Source: a virus (taxonomy: Duplodnaviria > Caudoviricetes). Taken from it: 58,016 nucleotides of DNA. Both the position numbers and the translations under genes were made by a program. The stretch spans positions 1 through 58,016 of the IMG/VR virus record IMGVR_UViG_3300034101_000486, one strand, 5' to 3'. Positions 9,499 to 18,511 of this stretch are shown here, piece after piece. Positions within the stretch are counted from its first letter, which is position 1, and each line of letters begins with the position of its first letter. Below the pieces are notes generated by a model. That model searched no databases and had not been told where the DNA came from. It saw only the letters and a program-made list of their open reading frames with translations.

Positions 9499-9830
9499 GC
9501 GCCCTCTTTGACGAACGTCCCGTCAGGCATGAGCGTACCCTTGCGGTCTTTGATCTCAGCATACGCCTCAATCAGACACTCCACAAGGTCCAAGTCGCGC
9601 AGGGCGCAGTAGTTGATCAAGCAGACAACAGTATCGCCCACGCCGTCCTTGATCTTAGCGATGTCCTTCTTGCCCTCAGCGTCGCACAGCTCACCCAACT
9701 CGCTCACCGCCTTCAGCAGCTGAGCAGCAGGGGTGGAGTTGGGGATAATCTTGCGGGCTTCTGCCCATCTGATGATTTCAACTTCAACCTCACGGTATGA
9801 GTACACCCTCAAATCATTCATGGCGCTCAT
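9495..9830 (-). CDS. mazG: MazG-like nucleotide pyrophosphohydrolase
   Basis: QLLKAVSELGEL...IKDGVGD...AYAEIKDRKG...GTFVKE all-alpha NTP-PPase pattern. Confidence 0.85.
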   Translation of the reverse strand: MSAMNDLRVYSYREVEVEIIRWAEARKIIPNSTPAAQLLKAVSELGELCDAEGKKDIAKIKDGVGDTVVCLINYCALRDLDLVECLIEAYAEIKDRKGTLMPDGTFVKEGA

Positions 9831-10399
9831 TTTGTACCTCCGGCTTTAGCGAGCAAACGACTCATGTTCTCAAGCTCCTCATCACTGAGGTTCTTCAGGT
9901 CAACCGCCGCGAGCGCGATCGGTCCTCCGTTTGAACCGGTATGCTCTTGTGTGATCTTGTCGCCGTAGACCTTCGGCAGCATCTTGCTGAGCATCCACTT
10001 GCGAGTGTCAATCTGAACCCGCTTGTGTGCGATGACGTCGCTGTTGAGCGGCATGAGCATCTTCTTGAGACGCGGTTCACCCTTCTCATCGTACATCGGG
10101 TCGCCGTTCGGGTCCAGCGCGTGCACCGTCACCCACTCGTGCGTCTTGTCGCTGAGGGCGACGATCTCATCAGCGAGCAGCGCGTAGCCGATCTCGCGCG
10201 CATGCGCGTAGTCTGCGGCTATGCCCTTCGGGTCATCCTTCTCGATCCATTCAAGAAACGCCCCCACAGAGGGCATCCCCGCTCCGCGGCAGATAGAATC
10301 GAGAGAGCGCCCGAGCTTCAGCTCCTCGCAGACCTGCGCTGCAACAAACAGCCGGTCGTACTTGCGGGCGGTGGGACGGGGGATTGGAGTTTTAGACAT
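9827..10399 (-). CDS. terms: Terminase small subunit
   Basis: HTH-like GRSLDSIC...GMPS, YAHARE, RVQIDTRKWMLSKMLPKVYGDK; start moved to ATG 10399 because the ORF-track TTG at 10435 is the promoter -35 box. Confidence 0.85.
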   Translation of the reverse strand: MSKTPIPRPTARKYDRLFVAAQVCEELKLGRSLDSICRGAGMPSVGAFLEWIEKDDPKGIAADYAHAREIGYALLADEIVALSDKTHEWVTVHALDPNGDPMYDEKGEPRLKKMLMPLNSDVIAHKRVQIDTRKWMLSKMLPKVYGDKITQEHTGSNGGPIALAAVDLKNLSDEELENMSRLLAKAGGTK

Positions 10400-10406
10400 G
10401 ATTGAG

Positions 10407-10435
10407 ATTATACCTTCCTGTTTCAAAAAAGACAA
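10407..10435 (-). promoter_or_regulatory. Promoter TTGTCT-N17-TATAAT, 7 nt before TerS ATG
   Basis: Read directly; geometry fits a leaderless transcript. Confidence 0.7.
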
Positions 10436-10440
10436 GCCGC

Positions 10441-10757
10441 AAAGTGATCGGTCGTTCGTCTATATAGAGAGGGACCGAACGAACGATTACTTTCGCCTAC
10501 AAAATGACAAAGTCTGAAAATCACCGAACGATTACTCCGAACGATTACCCGAACGATCACCTGTGTGAACCACTGAAGTCCTCACTCCGTTAGGCTGCGC
10601 TACCGTTCGGTGAACCTTCTGATCGGCTCCGGAGAGAGGACGACAGTCCCTCTCCTCCGGCGTTCCGAACGTATCCAGACAAGGCAAAAACCTAATCGTT
10701 CGTTCGGCGTGATCGTTCGAACGATTACCCGAACGATTAAACCGAACGATTACTTTT
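10441..10757. repeat. Cluster of about 10 direct and inverted (C)CGAACGAT(T/C)A(C) repeats
   Basis: Tandem copies near 10524, 10537, 10549 and 10718, 10729, 10742; inverted copies near 10445, 10693, 10709; inverted repeat 10441-10493. Confidence 0.85.
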
Positions 10758-10925
10758 GTCATCATCGTAAATCCAAGTTTGGGGACGGTAAGCAGAGCCG
10801 CTCACAAGCAGCGCAAGCAGGAACCACCATCCGCTCTGGTCAAGCGCAAACACAGCGTAACCTGTGCCGCCCCACACCAGCCCCTCAAACAGGACGATGT
10901 AGATGAGGTAAGTCAGATACCTCAT
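10737..10925 (-). CDS. Small membrane protein (two hydrophobic segments)
   Basis: Hydrophobic 62-aa ORF, ATGA-coupled to glutaredoxin. Confidence 0.65.
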   Translation of the reverse strand: MRYLTYLIYIVLFEGLVWGGTGYAVFALDQSGWWFLLALLVSGSAYRPQTWIYDDDKSNRSV

Positions 10926-11161
10926 AGCGCTTTACCGACCTGTTTGAGCGCGGCTTGCAGCCCCGCCAAGCCCCCGACCCTCTGACCTTCTATGAAGATC
11001 TGAGGCATCTGTCTGACGTCAGGGTATTGACGCGTAAACACGTCGCGCCACTCCGGAGAGTCAACGCTCCGTTCAATAAAACTGAGCTGTTGAGCGTCAA
11101 GGATGAGCTTGGCGCTCGTGCAGTTGGGGCAGTGAGCCTTGGTGTACATGATGATGTTCAT
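10922..11161 (-). CDS. Glutaredoxin
   Basis: YTKAHCPNC, RQMPQIFI, VGG motifs. Confidence 0.9.
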   Translation of the reverse strand: MNIIMYTKAHCPNCTSAKLILDAQQLSFIERSVDSPEWRDVFTRQYPDVRQMPQIFIEGQRVGGLAGLQAALKQVGKAL

Positions 11162-11412
11162 TTGTTTTCTATCTGTGGTTGTGGTAATTTATCAATAAAC
11201 GCAGTCCCGAAGCGCACGCTGTCGCAGTCCTCAATAATCTCGTCGTTTAGAAACGCCTCCTCCATGTCGCCGTGGCAGTACACACGGAAGCGCTTGGCTC
11301 CGTGTGCAATGTCGTACATTGACTCAACGCGCTCAACAGGTTTGTTGCATATTGCACAAATGGGGAACTCATGTAACCCTTTGTCAAATTTGCTAACGGT
11401 GCTGATGTTCAT
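11158..11412 (-). CDS. Hypothetical protein with CxxC...CH motif
   Basis: ATGA-coupled ORF; CAIC and YCHG. Confidence 0.65.
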   Translation of the reverse strand: MNISTVSKFDKGLHEFPICAICNKPVERVESMYDIAHGAKRFRVYCHGDMEEAFLNDEIIEDCDSVRFGTAFIDKLPQPQIENK

Positions 11413-12038
11413 GTTCTCTCCTTGATGTCGTAGAACCAGTCATCACCGGCAGACCACTTACGTGTGCCGTCCACGGTCCAGAGCCGTTGCGCCGCTTGAA
11501 AGTCGGGGAACTTCGTCTCAGCGGGTATCAAGCTCTGGTCGTACCACAGGCAGCGGTTGTTCGGCTGGCAGGCGAACTGCCCGTTGTCAAGGGCGATCCA
11601 GTTGAAGGACTTGTGCTCCTCGGCTTGCTCAGTGAAGGTCGTGTCCAGCTCCATTCCGTCGGCGCAGAAGTCCACGGTAAACAGGTAGCGCCCAAAGTGC
11701 CACTCCTTGTCCTTACCGAGGAACTTGACACCGAGGTTGCGCAGGGCGATCTTCTCAATGATTGTGAACCGGTAGCTCATGCAGTCCCACAGCTGAAGCG
11801 TATCAACCGGCAGGTTGCCCGCGTCAGCGTGCCATACGTAAGCATGTATAGGTAGCTTATCGTACAACGCGCCGTAGTTGGGTAGCAACGACTCAATGCG
11901 GAACACCTGCCCGCGCAGAGCCTTGAGGCTCACCCAGACTGCCGGTTCAAGCTCGTTGTGACCTTTGTGGTCGTTGTACAGGAACTCTCGCTTGACGTAG
12001 CACTTGAGCGGCGGTAATGAGGCAACGATGTAGCTCAT
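11409..12038 (-). CDS. Conserved phage hypothetical protein (209 aa)
   Basis: SD AGGAG; LPPLKCYVKREFLY, LQLWDC, NGQFACQPNNR motifs; function unknown. Confidence 0.75.
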   Translation of the reverse strand: MSYIVASLPPLKCYVKREFLYNDHKGHNELEPAVWVSLKALRGQVFRIESLLPNYGALYDKLPIHAYVWHADAGNLPVDTLQLWDCMSYRFTIIEKIALRNLGVKFLGKDKEWHFGRYLFTVDFCADGMELDTTFTEQAEEHKSFNWIALDNGQFACQPNNRCLWYDQSLIPAETKFPDFQAAQRLWTVDGTRKWSAGDDWFYDIKERT

Positions 12039-12238
12039 GTGTTCTTCTCCTTCGGTTTAACGGGCAGCGGAGCCCAGTGCGTCCACCACGGGTCTTTGCC
12101 GTGGTATTGACCGTACACGGCGACCCCACCTGCGCCGAGCAGTTGAACCTTGACGCCACGGGGGCAGGTGTCCATCGGCTGCCAGTAATACTCGCGGTCA
12201 ACCGCTACGGTGTTTGAGCTGTTGATCTCCACGGTCAT
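12035..12238 (-). CDS. Small DUF551-like protein
   Basis: WQPMDTCP...THWAPLP pattern. Confidence 0.65.
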   Translation of the reverse strand: MTVEINSSNTVAVDREYYWQPMDTCPRGVKVQLLGAGGVAVYGQYHGKDPWWTHWAPLPVKPKEKNT

Positions 12239-12435
12239 GTGTTACCCCTTGCTCGGATGCGATCCGCTAGGTCTAAGCCATCAGGCTCAGGCGAGGCTTC
12301 ACACAACTGTGCACAAGCCTCACGCTCGTGACGAGCCACCAGCCGAGCAAAGGTCGCTACTACGTCGTACTCCGCGCCTTTTATCTTCACGCCGTTAGCC
12401 GCGTGCCACATGTCAATGATTTCGTCTTGTGTCAT
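12235..12435 (-). CDS. Hypothetical protein (EREACA...IRARG family)
   Basis: Start at ATG 12435 from ATGA overlap; common small phage ORF motif. Confidence 0.65.
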   Translation of the reverse strand: MTQDEIIDMWHAANGVKIKGAEYDVVATFARLVARHEREACAQLCEASPEPDGLDLADRIRARGNT

Positions 12436-12623
12436 GACTTCATCTCCCTGACGTAGCACGCAAAGCTGGCAGCGGTATCGCCGAACGGCATGCGGTCGAA
12501 CTGTTGAGCGACCTCCTCAAGCACCTGATTGCGGTGCGCTGAGTTGTAGCACTTTGCCGGTGTGGGGCACTCGGCGTGGTAACACCCTGGACACACGAAG
12601 TCCAGCTTCAGTTGATCGTTCAT
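12432..12623 (-). CDS. Cys-rich hypothetical protein (63 aa)
   Basis: ATGA-coupled; CPGC..C...C. Confidence 0.6.
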   Translation of the reverse strand: MNDQLKLDFVCPGCYHAECPTPAKCYNSAHRNQVLEEVAQQFDRMPFGDTAASFACYVREMKS

Positions 12624-12793
12624 GCCGCAGCCCTCTGTGGTTTGCGCTCTTGAAGTTGTTCAGGCGGGATGGGGGTCATCTTCTCGCTCGGAGGGGTCCA
12701 GCCGTATTTGCGCCAGAGCGCCTGCACGTCCGCACCGGTGGTCCATTTGAAATCAGGGTGTCCCACAGGTATCCAAGGTGTTGTCTTTTTCAT
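12620..12793 (-). CDS. Small hypothetical protein (57 aa, MKKTTPWIPVGHPDFKWTTGADVQALWRKYGW...)
   Basis: Manual translation; fills gap after primase and ends in ATGA overlap. Confidence 0.7.
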   Translation of the reverse strand: MKKTTPWIPVGHPDFKWTTGADVQALWRKYGWTPPSEKMTPIPPEQLQERKPQRAAA

Positions 12794-12810
12794 CTCTAAG
12801 TTATCCTCTA

Positions 12811-14946
12811 TTAAATGCCGAACTTACCGCGTTCGATTGCGTCAACCACTTCTTCATTCACACGCAGGTAGTGGTTGGCTCGTCCCTGCGGCTTCTCTAG
12901 CTCAATGCGCTCGAGCGATCCGTCATTCAGCAGGCTGGTGACGGCGCGTTCTTTGCGCTCTTGAGATGCTTTGACGCCGCCCTGTGCCACGGGCAGACGT
13001 TCGTAGTAGGAGCGTGACTTGCCTGGATCTTTGCGTACCAAGTCCAAAATGTCGTCACAAATCTTTGACCATTGCTCCTGCTCTTTTTGTTCCTTGCGGT
13101 CTTCCTTCATTTGGGTGCGCTCGCCCTGCTTGAGCGGACGGGCGACTGAGTGGCTGAACCAGATCTCCTTGTCGTAACCCAACACGTCCTTGTGGCGCTC
13201 TTTGTTTGACACGAGGTCAAAGGTGAGTTCGGGGTAGGCGGTGGGGAACCTGACTTTGACTGCCTTGAGCACGCGGGGGGCGTCCTCGTGTTCGCCGTCT
13301 TTGAATACGGTATACACCCCCTGCGCATCACCCGTCCACGCTGACGCACCACGGGGTGACAGGAAGTCCGACTCCGTCATGCCGGCAATCTTTGACGTGT
13401 GACTGACGATGACGATTGGGAACTGTGAGAAGGCTTGTTTTATGTACGCCATCGCCCGTCCCACCTCAGCGTTGTCGTTTTCGTTCTCAAGGTCAAACAC
13501 GGCGTTGGCGGTGTCAAAGATGACGAGGGGAAGCGCCGCGTGCATTGTGCCGTCGGCTTTCTCGTTGTCAACTGTCCATTCTTTGTATTCGTCGGCGACC
13601 TGTGAGACAATCTTCGGGTCGAGACGTTGCGCGGAGATGACGCGTACCCGCTCGTCAAAGTCAGAGACCTTCATGCCGGTATACCCCCACGAGTACAGCG
13701 AGTAAATGACGCGTTGAACCTGAACGACCGACTCGGTAATGATGATGACGTTGCGCCTGACCGCAGGCTTGAGCGTGTAGTCGTGCGGGCAGAGGTGCGC
13801 GGTGGCGAGCGCCATAGGCACGATGAGCGTGGTCTTGCCGACACCTGGAGCACCCGCAACGACGTTAACGCCGGTTGACATGAAGTCATCGTACAGGTAT
13901 TCAAAGACGTTGACCTGCCCAGCGCCGCTGTCGGTTGCACGCTTCAGGCTCAGCGGGTGCACGTCGGGTGTTCCGTCAGGGGCGGCGGTGTTTTGATGCA
14001 CATCATGATTGTTACCCGCCCAGCCGTTATCAATCGCCATGCGGAAGATTGAGCGGTAGGTGATTGAGTGCGGGGTGCTGATGTCCCGCTCCCACTTGCG
14101 CCGTTGCGCTGAGGCATCAAACTTGTCGCTGGTTGACGCCCACTCGGTCCAGATCTTGTAGCCGTTCTCGCCGTAAGGCTTGAGCACCATACCGACGTTG
14201 ACCCACGTTGTGTAGTCATCCGCGTCAACGTGTTTCAATGCTGAACGTAAGTCATCAAAGGTCTGAGCCGTCGCCACCGGAACGCCGCCGCGCTCAGTCA
14301 GGCTATAGTTCACTGGAGGTCGTGCCTTACTCGCTATCAGCTGAGGCAAGGGTGAGGGCTTTGCCGGACGGGTTTGACTGAGCGGCGAGCGCCCAGCTTC
14401 CCACTTGTAATCGCCGGAGGGTCCGAGCGTGGGCGCGACGCAGATATAGCCATGGTGCTTCAGGTCAAGCCCTTTGCCCAGAGTGCCAGGATACGTCATC
14501 TCATCGTCAGCTGTGAACAGCCGATGCTCCCCGCCACCTTGAGTCACCGCCGTACAGTCAGAATGCATGACGCCATGCTCGGCTTCAAGTTGTGCTAATG
14601 ACTCAACGCCGCCGTTCTGCGGGTCGATGTCCAGCGCTAGCAAGCCTGAGTCGGCGAGGGAAATACCGATGCCCGCATCAGGGTCGGTCGCCCACCAGTC
14701 GCGGATGACTTGTTCATCAACAGTCGCATCTTGGTGCCCATGCGGAACTAACTCAGACTGAGGGTGCTTGCCCGCCTTGTGACCCTTCTCAGTGTTAGGG
14801 CGACCGCAACGGCATTGACCGTGATCATCCACCGACCACACGGGCAACACGTACCAACCGAGCTTTGCGTAAGCCAGCGCGTAGTCTAACGTCGTTGGCG
14901 CTTGTGTATCTACTGCCCAGACATGCTTGGGCGTCTTACTGGTCAT
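12811..14946 (-). CDS. Primase-polymerase / PriCT-2 / RepA-like (AAA_25) helicase fusion
   Basis: N-terminal Prim-Pol (CRCG..GKHP, LALDID), PriCT-2 (DADDYTTWVNVGM), Walker A GAPGVGKTT, LVIFDT, SPRGASA. Confidence 0.9.
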   Translation of the reverse strand: MTSKTPKHVWAVDTQAPTTLDYALAYAKLGWYVLPVWSVDDHGQCRCGRPNTEKGHKAGKHPQSELVPHGHQDATVDEQVIRDWWATDPDAGIGISLADSGLLALDIDPQNGGVESLAQLEAEHGVMHSDCTAVTQGGGEHRLFTADDEMTYPGTLGKGLDLKHHGYICVAPTLGPSGDYKWEAGRSPLSQTRPAKPSPLPQLIASKARPPVNYSLTERGGVPVATAQTFDDLRSALKHVDADDYTTWVNVGMVLKPYGENGYKIWTEWASTSDKFDASAQRRKWERDISTPHSITYRSIFRMAIDNGWAGNNHDVHQNTAAPDGTPDVHPLSLKRATDSGAGQVNVFEYLYDDFMSTGVNVVAGAPGVGKTTLIVPMALATAHLCPHDYTLKPAVRRNVIIITESVVQVQRVIYSLYSWGYTGMKVSDFDERVRVISAQRLDPKIVSQVADEYKEWTVDNEKADGTMHAALPLVIFDTANAVFDLENENDNAEVGRAMAYIKQAFSQFPIVIVSHTSKIAGMTESDFLSPRGASAWTGDAQGVYTVFKDGEHEDAPRVLKAVKVRFPTAYPELTFDLVSNKERHKDVLGYDKEIWFSHSVARPLKQGERTQMKEDRKEQKEQEQWSKICDDILDLVRKDPGKSRSYYERLPVAQGGVKASQERKERAVTSLLNDGSLERIELEKPQGRANHYLRVNEEVVDAIERGKFGI

Positions 14947-16496
14947 TGTTCTGTTTCTCCGTAAAAGAATTCCTCAAGCACGTTCCAGTATTGACCAGAG
15001 CGGCGTACAAGCACTGAGTCAGGTACGCGAGCGCCTTTCATTTGCCATGTCAGGGTGTCTGCGGGGGAAGGTAAGTTTACCGCAAGCTGCCGCGAACCGA
15101 AAAACTGGAGCGTCTTGCGGTCGGGGACTTCGGTGTTGATGAAATTGGTTCCGCGAATCTTGATGCCTTCCTCGCTCACGCAGTTGTAGTTGACGAGGAG
15201 GATGGGCACGGCGGGGTTGCGCTTTGTGCGGATGGCGACTGTGTTAGTTGATTCAACCCACATCTTGAGAACCGCGCCGTCCCGTGCGGACTGACCAGTC
15301 ATGGGGTCAATCGGCAACAGCTTATGAGCGCCGACCACCTTTGCCCGTTCACGCAGGGCGCGTTCTTTTGCGGGTATGGCTTCAACGGCTTCCTTCGAGT
15401 CTTCCTTGAAGAAGTTCTCATACATGTCAACACCGCCGAGCCGCTGCAGGTTGCCCACGAAGTCAAGCACGAGGCAGTTCTTTTTGCCGTCAGCTAGGCG
15501 CGTGCCCCGACCCTGAATCTGAACCCACAGAGAGGAGGAGAGAGTTGGTCTCAGGCACACTATGCAATCCAGCGGCGGGAAGTCAAAGCCGGTGGTAATC
15601 ATATCAACCGAGCAGAGCACGCGAGTCTCGCCTGACTTGAACCGGCGTAAGGAGTCGCTGCGCTCGTCGCGGGTGATTGACCCCGCCATGACGTCGGTCG
15701 TCCATCCGGTCTCAACGGCGATGACCTCGGCGGCTCGCTCGGCGGCTTCAATAGTCGGGCAGTAAACCGCAAGGTGCTTACGGGCGGCGGTTAGCTCGGG
15801 CAGGGAACGCGCCACTGCACGTAGCCATACTACGTCCTCACGGCTGTCAATGTCAGTCATCACGAAGTCGCCGTTAGTCTTGCGTGCGCCTTCAAGGTCA
15901 AGCTGTACGGTCGTCTCAACGCCGACTAACGGGCAGAGGTAGCCGTCGCCTACGGCTTGAGGTACGGTATAGCTATAGGCGAGTTGATCGAACCAGAACT
16001 GATCGCCCTCCCCGTGGATGACCCCGTTGTCCATGCGCCACGGCGTAGCGGTCATAGCGACGCGCCCAGCGTCACGGTAGCGGTGCAGTATTGACTCATA
16101 GAGCGAACGCTCGCCCTTGTTGTGCGGGACGCGGTGTGCTTCGTCTATGATGATGAGGTCAGGCGGTTGCATCTCAGCCTGAACGCCGAGTATGCTTTGA
16201 ATGGTGGCAAAGGTGACCGGCTCAAACCGGTCTTTGCGCTTGAGTCCGGCGCACACGATTCCTGGGGTGACTCCACTATAGCGCTCATAGGTAGCGGCGT
16301 TTTGCTCGACCAGCTGTTGAACGTGGGTGAGTGCCCAGACGCGGCGGTCAGTTTTGCTATAGTGATCCGCTAGGGCGGCAATGATGAGCGACTTGCCCGT
16401 GCCGGTAGCCAGCTGAAGCACAGGGTGGTGCTCACCCTCGAGCGACGCTATAGCGGCGTCGTAGGCTTCTTGCTGGTAAAATCTAAGTTGCATCAA
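14943..16496 (-). CDS. SF2 DEAD/DEAH-box helicase (RadD/YejH-like)
   Basis: LRFYQ, ATGTGKS, DEAH, TATP, TGFD, QIQGRGTR. Confidence 0.92.
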   Translation of the reverse strand: MMQLRFYQQEAYDAAIASLEGEHHPVLQLATGTGKSLIIAALADHYSKTDRRVWALTHVQQLVEQNAATYERYSGVTPGIVCAGLKRKDRFEPVTFATIQSILGVQAEMQPPDLIIIDEAHRVPHNKGERSLYESILHRYRDAGRVAMTATPWRMDNGVIHGEGDQFWFDQLAYSYTVPQAVGDGYLCPLVGVETTVQLDLEGARKTNGDFVMTDIDSREDVVWLRAVARSLPELTAARKHLAVYCPTIEAAERAAEVIAVETGWTTDVMAGSITRDERSDSLRRFKSGETRVLCSVDMITTGFDFPPLDCIVCLRPTLSSSLWVQIQGRGTRLADGKKNCLVLDFVGNLQRLGGVDMYENFFKEDSKEAVEAIPAKERALRERAKVVGAHKLLPIDPMTGQSARDGAVLKMWVESTNTVAIRTKRNPAVPILLVNYNCVSEEGIKIRGTNFINTEVPDRKTLQFFGSRQLAVNLPSPADTLTWQMKGARVPDSVLVRRSGQYWNVLEEFFYGETEQ

Positions 16497-16524
16497 GTGC
16501 TCCAGTTATACGTTATCACTGCGA

Positions 16525-16553
16525 ATTATGCCTGAGATTTTTTGAAAAGGCAA
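16525..16553 (-). promoter_or_regulatory. Promoter TTGCCT-N17-CATAAT (leftward, helicase/primase)
   Basis: Shares TTGCCTTTTCAAAAAA with the divergent rightward promoter. Confidence 0.7.
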
Positions 16554-16666
16554 ACTCTTTGAAAAATTTATTTGGCGTGACATTGAATCACCCACTCCGG
16601 AAGCCTAATGATCATAGGGGAAATAGCCAATAACCAACTGCGGTGAAGGGTCATTAAAAATATCGC

Positions 16667-16696
16667 TTGCCTTTTCAAAAAAGTCAAGCCTATAAT
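16667..16696 (+). promoter_or_regulatory. Promoter TTGCCT-N18-TATAAT (rightward, early genes)
   Basis: Read directly upstream of ORF 16729. Confidence 0.75.
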
Positions 16697-16728
16697 TCAA
16701 TCCATACCTTGATAACTGGAGAACTCGA

Positions 16729-16980
16729 ATGACACACGACCGCCGCTACGACAAATTAATCGCTGATTGCCGCAACATTGAAAGCCGCAGCAATCGCCTC
16801 GCCGTTGACGAAATCATTGACAGCGCTCGCATTAACGCTAACGACACCGTCCGCGACGAGAAGCTCGACTTGAGCGAGTGGGATCGCATGTTCACCGCGA
16901 CCCTCGCTGGCATTTTGAGCGAAGGCGGTCGTAATCATCACGTCGTCGCTTTTTTCACTAAACGTGGTATCACTTTTTAA
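16729..16980 (+). CDS. Early hypothetical protein (83 aa)
   Basis: SD GGAG, first gene after promoter. Confidence 0.75.
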   Translation: MTHDRRYDKLIADCRNIESRSNRLAVDEIIDSARINANDTVRDEKLDLSEWDRMFTATLAGILSEGGRNHHVVAFFTKRGITF

Positions 16981-17007
16981 TAACTTTATAACTCGGAGAA
17001 CTCAATC

Positions 17008-17307
17008 ATGAACATCAACAAAACAATCATCGCTCGCATCGAAGAGTACCGCGCTACTAACAAGAACCCTTGCAAGAGCTACGCCACTGAAGCCGCCGCT
17101 GAGAAGGCTACCGCTCAAATGGCGCAGGACGTCGCTAACTACTTCCACAAAGAGCGCGGTGTTGAGGCTCGCCCTGCTCAGTACATCGTCATCTATAACG
17201 AAGCATGGGGTCGCTGGGTCGGCGCTATCAACATGACCGAGCTGATTCAGCGCTCATCAAGCACTGGCGGCTACATCGGATACTGCACAGGCTTCTTCGT
17301 TTTCTAA
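17008..17307 (+). CDS. Early hypothetical protein (99 aa)
   Basis: SD GGAG, biased codon usage. Confidence 0.75.
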   Translation: MNINKTIIARIEEYRATNKNPCKSYATEAAAEKATAQMAQDVANYFHKERGVEARPAQYIVIYNEAWGRWVGAINMTELIQRSSSTGGYIGYCTGFFVF

Positions 17308-17335
17308 TTTCAACTCAATAACTCAATAACTCACC

Positions 17336-18166
17336 ATGACTTCAATCGACAACATGACTAACGATCTGAGCGCTGCTCCGGTCTATCGGGACACCTGCGC
17401 TAAGTGCGGCGGCGATGGTCGCTGGAAGGGCTTCGGCGACTGCACCGGTGACATGCGCTGCACCATGTGCAACGGCGTGGGCTACAAGGAGTTCAAGACC
17501 TCCTCTGACGAACGCGCCAAGGCTCGCGAAGCCGCCGCTCGCGCTAAGGCTAAGAAGGAAGCCGAGCAGCGTGCTCGCGCTGAGCAGTGGTTCGCCGCTC
17601 ACCCCGCAGAAGCCGCATGGATGCGCGAGTCTGCTGAGGGCTTTGAGTTCGCTCAGTCTATGATAGACGCTGTGTACGCGTATGGTCACTTGACCGAGCG
17701 TCAGATGGAAACTGTGCAGCGCCTCACTCAGAAGGCTTTAGAGCGTAAACAGCAGTGGGCTAAGGAACGTGCTGAGCGCGAAGCCGCAGCGCCAGAGGTT
17801 ACCTCTGAGCGTCTTGAGCAGTCATTCCGCAACGCCAAGGCTAAAGGTCTCAAGTGGCCACGCATCACCATGGGCGAAATGGTCATCAAACCTGCTGGTG
17901 AGAACAGCAAGAATCCTGGTGCGCTCTACGTGACTGAGTATGGCGCATACCTCGGCAAAGTGATGAATGGTAGATTCCTGAAGGTGCGCGAATGCGGCAC
18001 TGAGCAAGAGCAGAAGGTCGTTGGCTTGATCAACGATCCCGTGGGCGCAGCGGAAGCATACGGTCACCTGACCGGTCACTGCTGCATTTGCAACCGAGAG
18101 CTGACCAATGCTGAAAGCGTGTCTCGCGGTATCGGTCCAATCTGCGCCGATAAATTCGGCTGGTAA
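17336..18166 (+). CDS. Zn-finger protein with C-terminal DUF6011-like domain
   Basis: N-terminal CxxCxGxG repeats; C-terminal GHCCICNRELT..ES..RGIGPICA. Confidence 0.75.
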   Translation: MTSIDNMTNDLSAAPVYRDTCAKCGGDGRWKGFGDCTGDMRCTMCNGVGYKEFKTSSDERAKAREAAARAKAKKEAEQRARAEQWFAAHPAEAAWMRESAEGFEFAQSMIDAVYAYGHLTERQMETVQRLTQKALERKQQWAKERAEREAAAPEVTSERLEQSFRNAKAKGLKWPRITMGEMVIKPAGENSKNPGALYVTEYGAYLGKVMNGRFLKVRECGTEQEQKVVGLINDPVGAAEAYGHLTGHCCICNRELTNAESVSRGIGPICADKFGW

Positions 18167-18191
18167 TAACTTAATAACTAGGAGAACTGTA

Positions 18192-18368
18192 ATGGTATCG
18201 CGTATCACATTCCTGCTCATCCTGATCGCGCTCGGCGCGGTTGGGACGTTTGATTACGAGAACGCACTTGACGAAGAAGCCGCCTACTGCGACCGCCTGC
18301 GCAACGAAGTGCACACTGACTACAACCGCATCAAGAGCACCTGCGTGGCTCGTTACTGGGGCAAGTAA
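18192..18368 (+). CDS. Small protein with N-terminal membrane anchor (58 aa)
   Basis: ATG 18192 after AGGAG; MVSRITFLLILIALGAVG... Confidence 0.7.
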   Translation: MVSRITFLLILIALGAVGTFDYENALDEEAAYCDRLRNEVHTDYNRIKSTCVARYWGK

Positions 18369-18369
18369 C

Positions 18370-18486
18370 ATGAACACCCCTAACTGGCCATTCCCGCCCA
18401 TCACTGGTCCTGTGCCTTGGACTGCTAAGCAGATCCGCGAGTATGCGCGTAAGCAGATCGAGCAGACCGAAAAAGCCCCCTTTTAA
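18370..18486 (+). CDS. Small hypothetical protein (38 aa, MNTPNWPFPPITGPVPWT...)
   Basis: Starts right after previous stop. Confidence 0.55.
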   Translation: MNTPNWPFPPITGPVPWTAKQIREYARKQIEQTEKAPF

Positions 18487-18511
18487 TCTAGATTTTCCTT
18501 GGAGATTTGAA

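Noticed and set aside
558-9800. Long plus-strand ORFs (e.g. 918-1484, 3500-4399, 4729-5370)
   Set aside because: Antisense shadows of well-supported minus-strand genes, without SD or recognisable motifs.
10441-10757. CRISPR array or mini-array
   Set aside because: Repeats are only about 11-13 nt, abut each other or are inverted, and lack regular unique spacers.
10532-10906. ORFs 10532-10765 (-) and 10610-10906 (+)
   Set aside because: They merely translate the DNA repeat array (NRSGNRS, RTI repeats); no convincing RBS.
16554-16666. tRNA/ncRNA or genome terminus between the divergent promoters
   Set aside because: No cloverleaf, strong stem or terminal repeat visible; cannot be supported from sequence alone.
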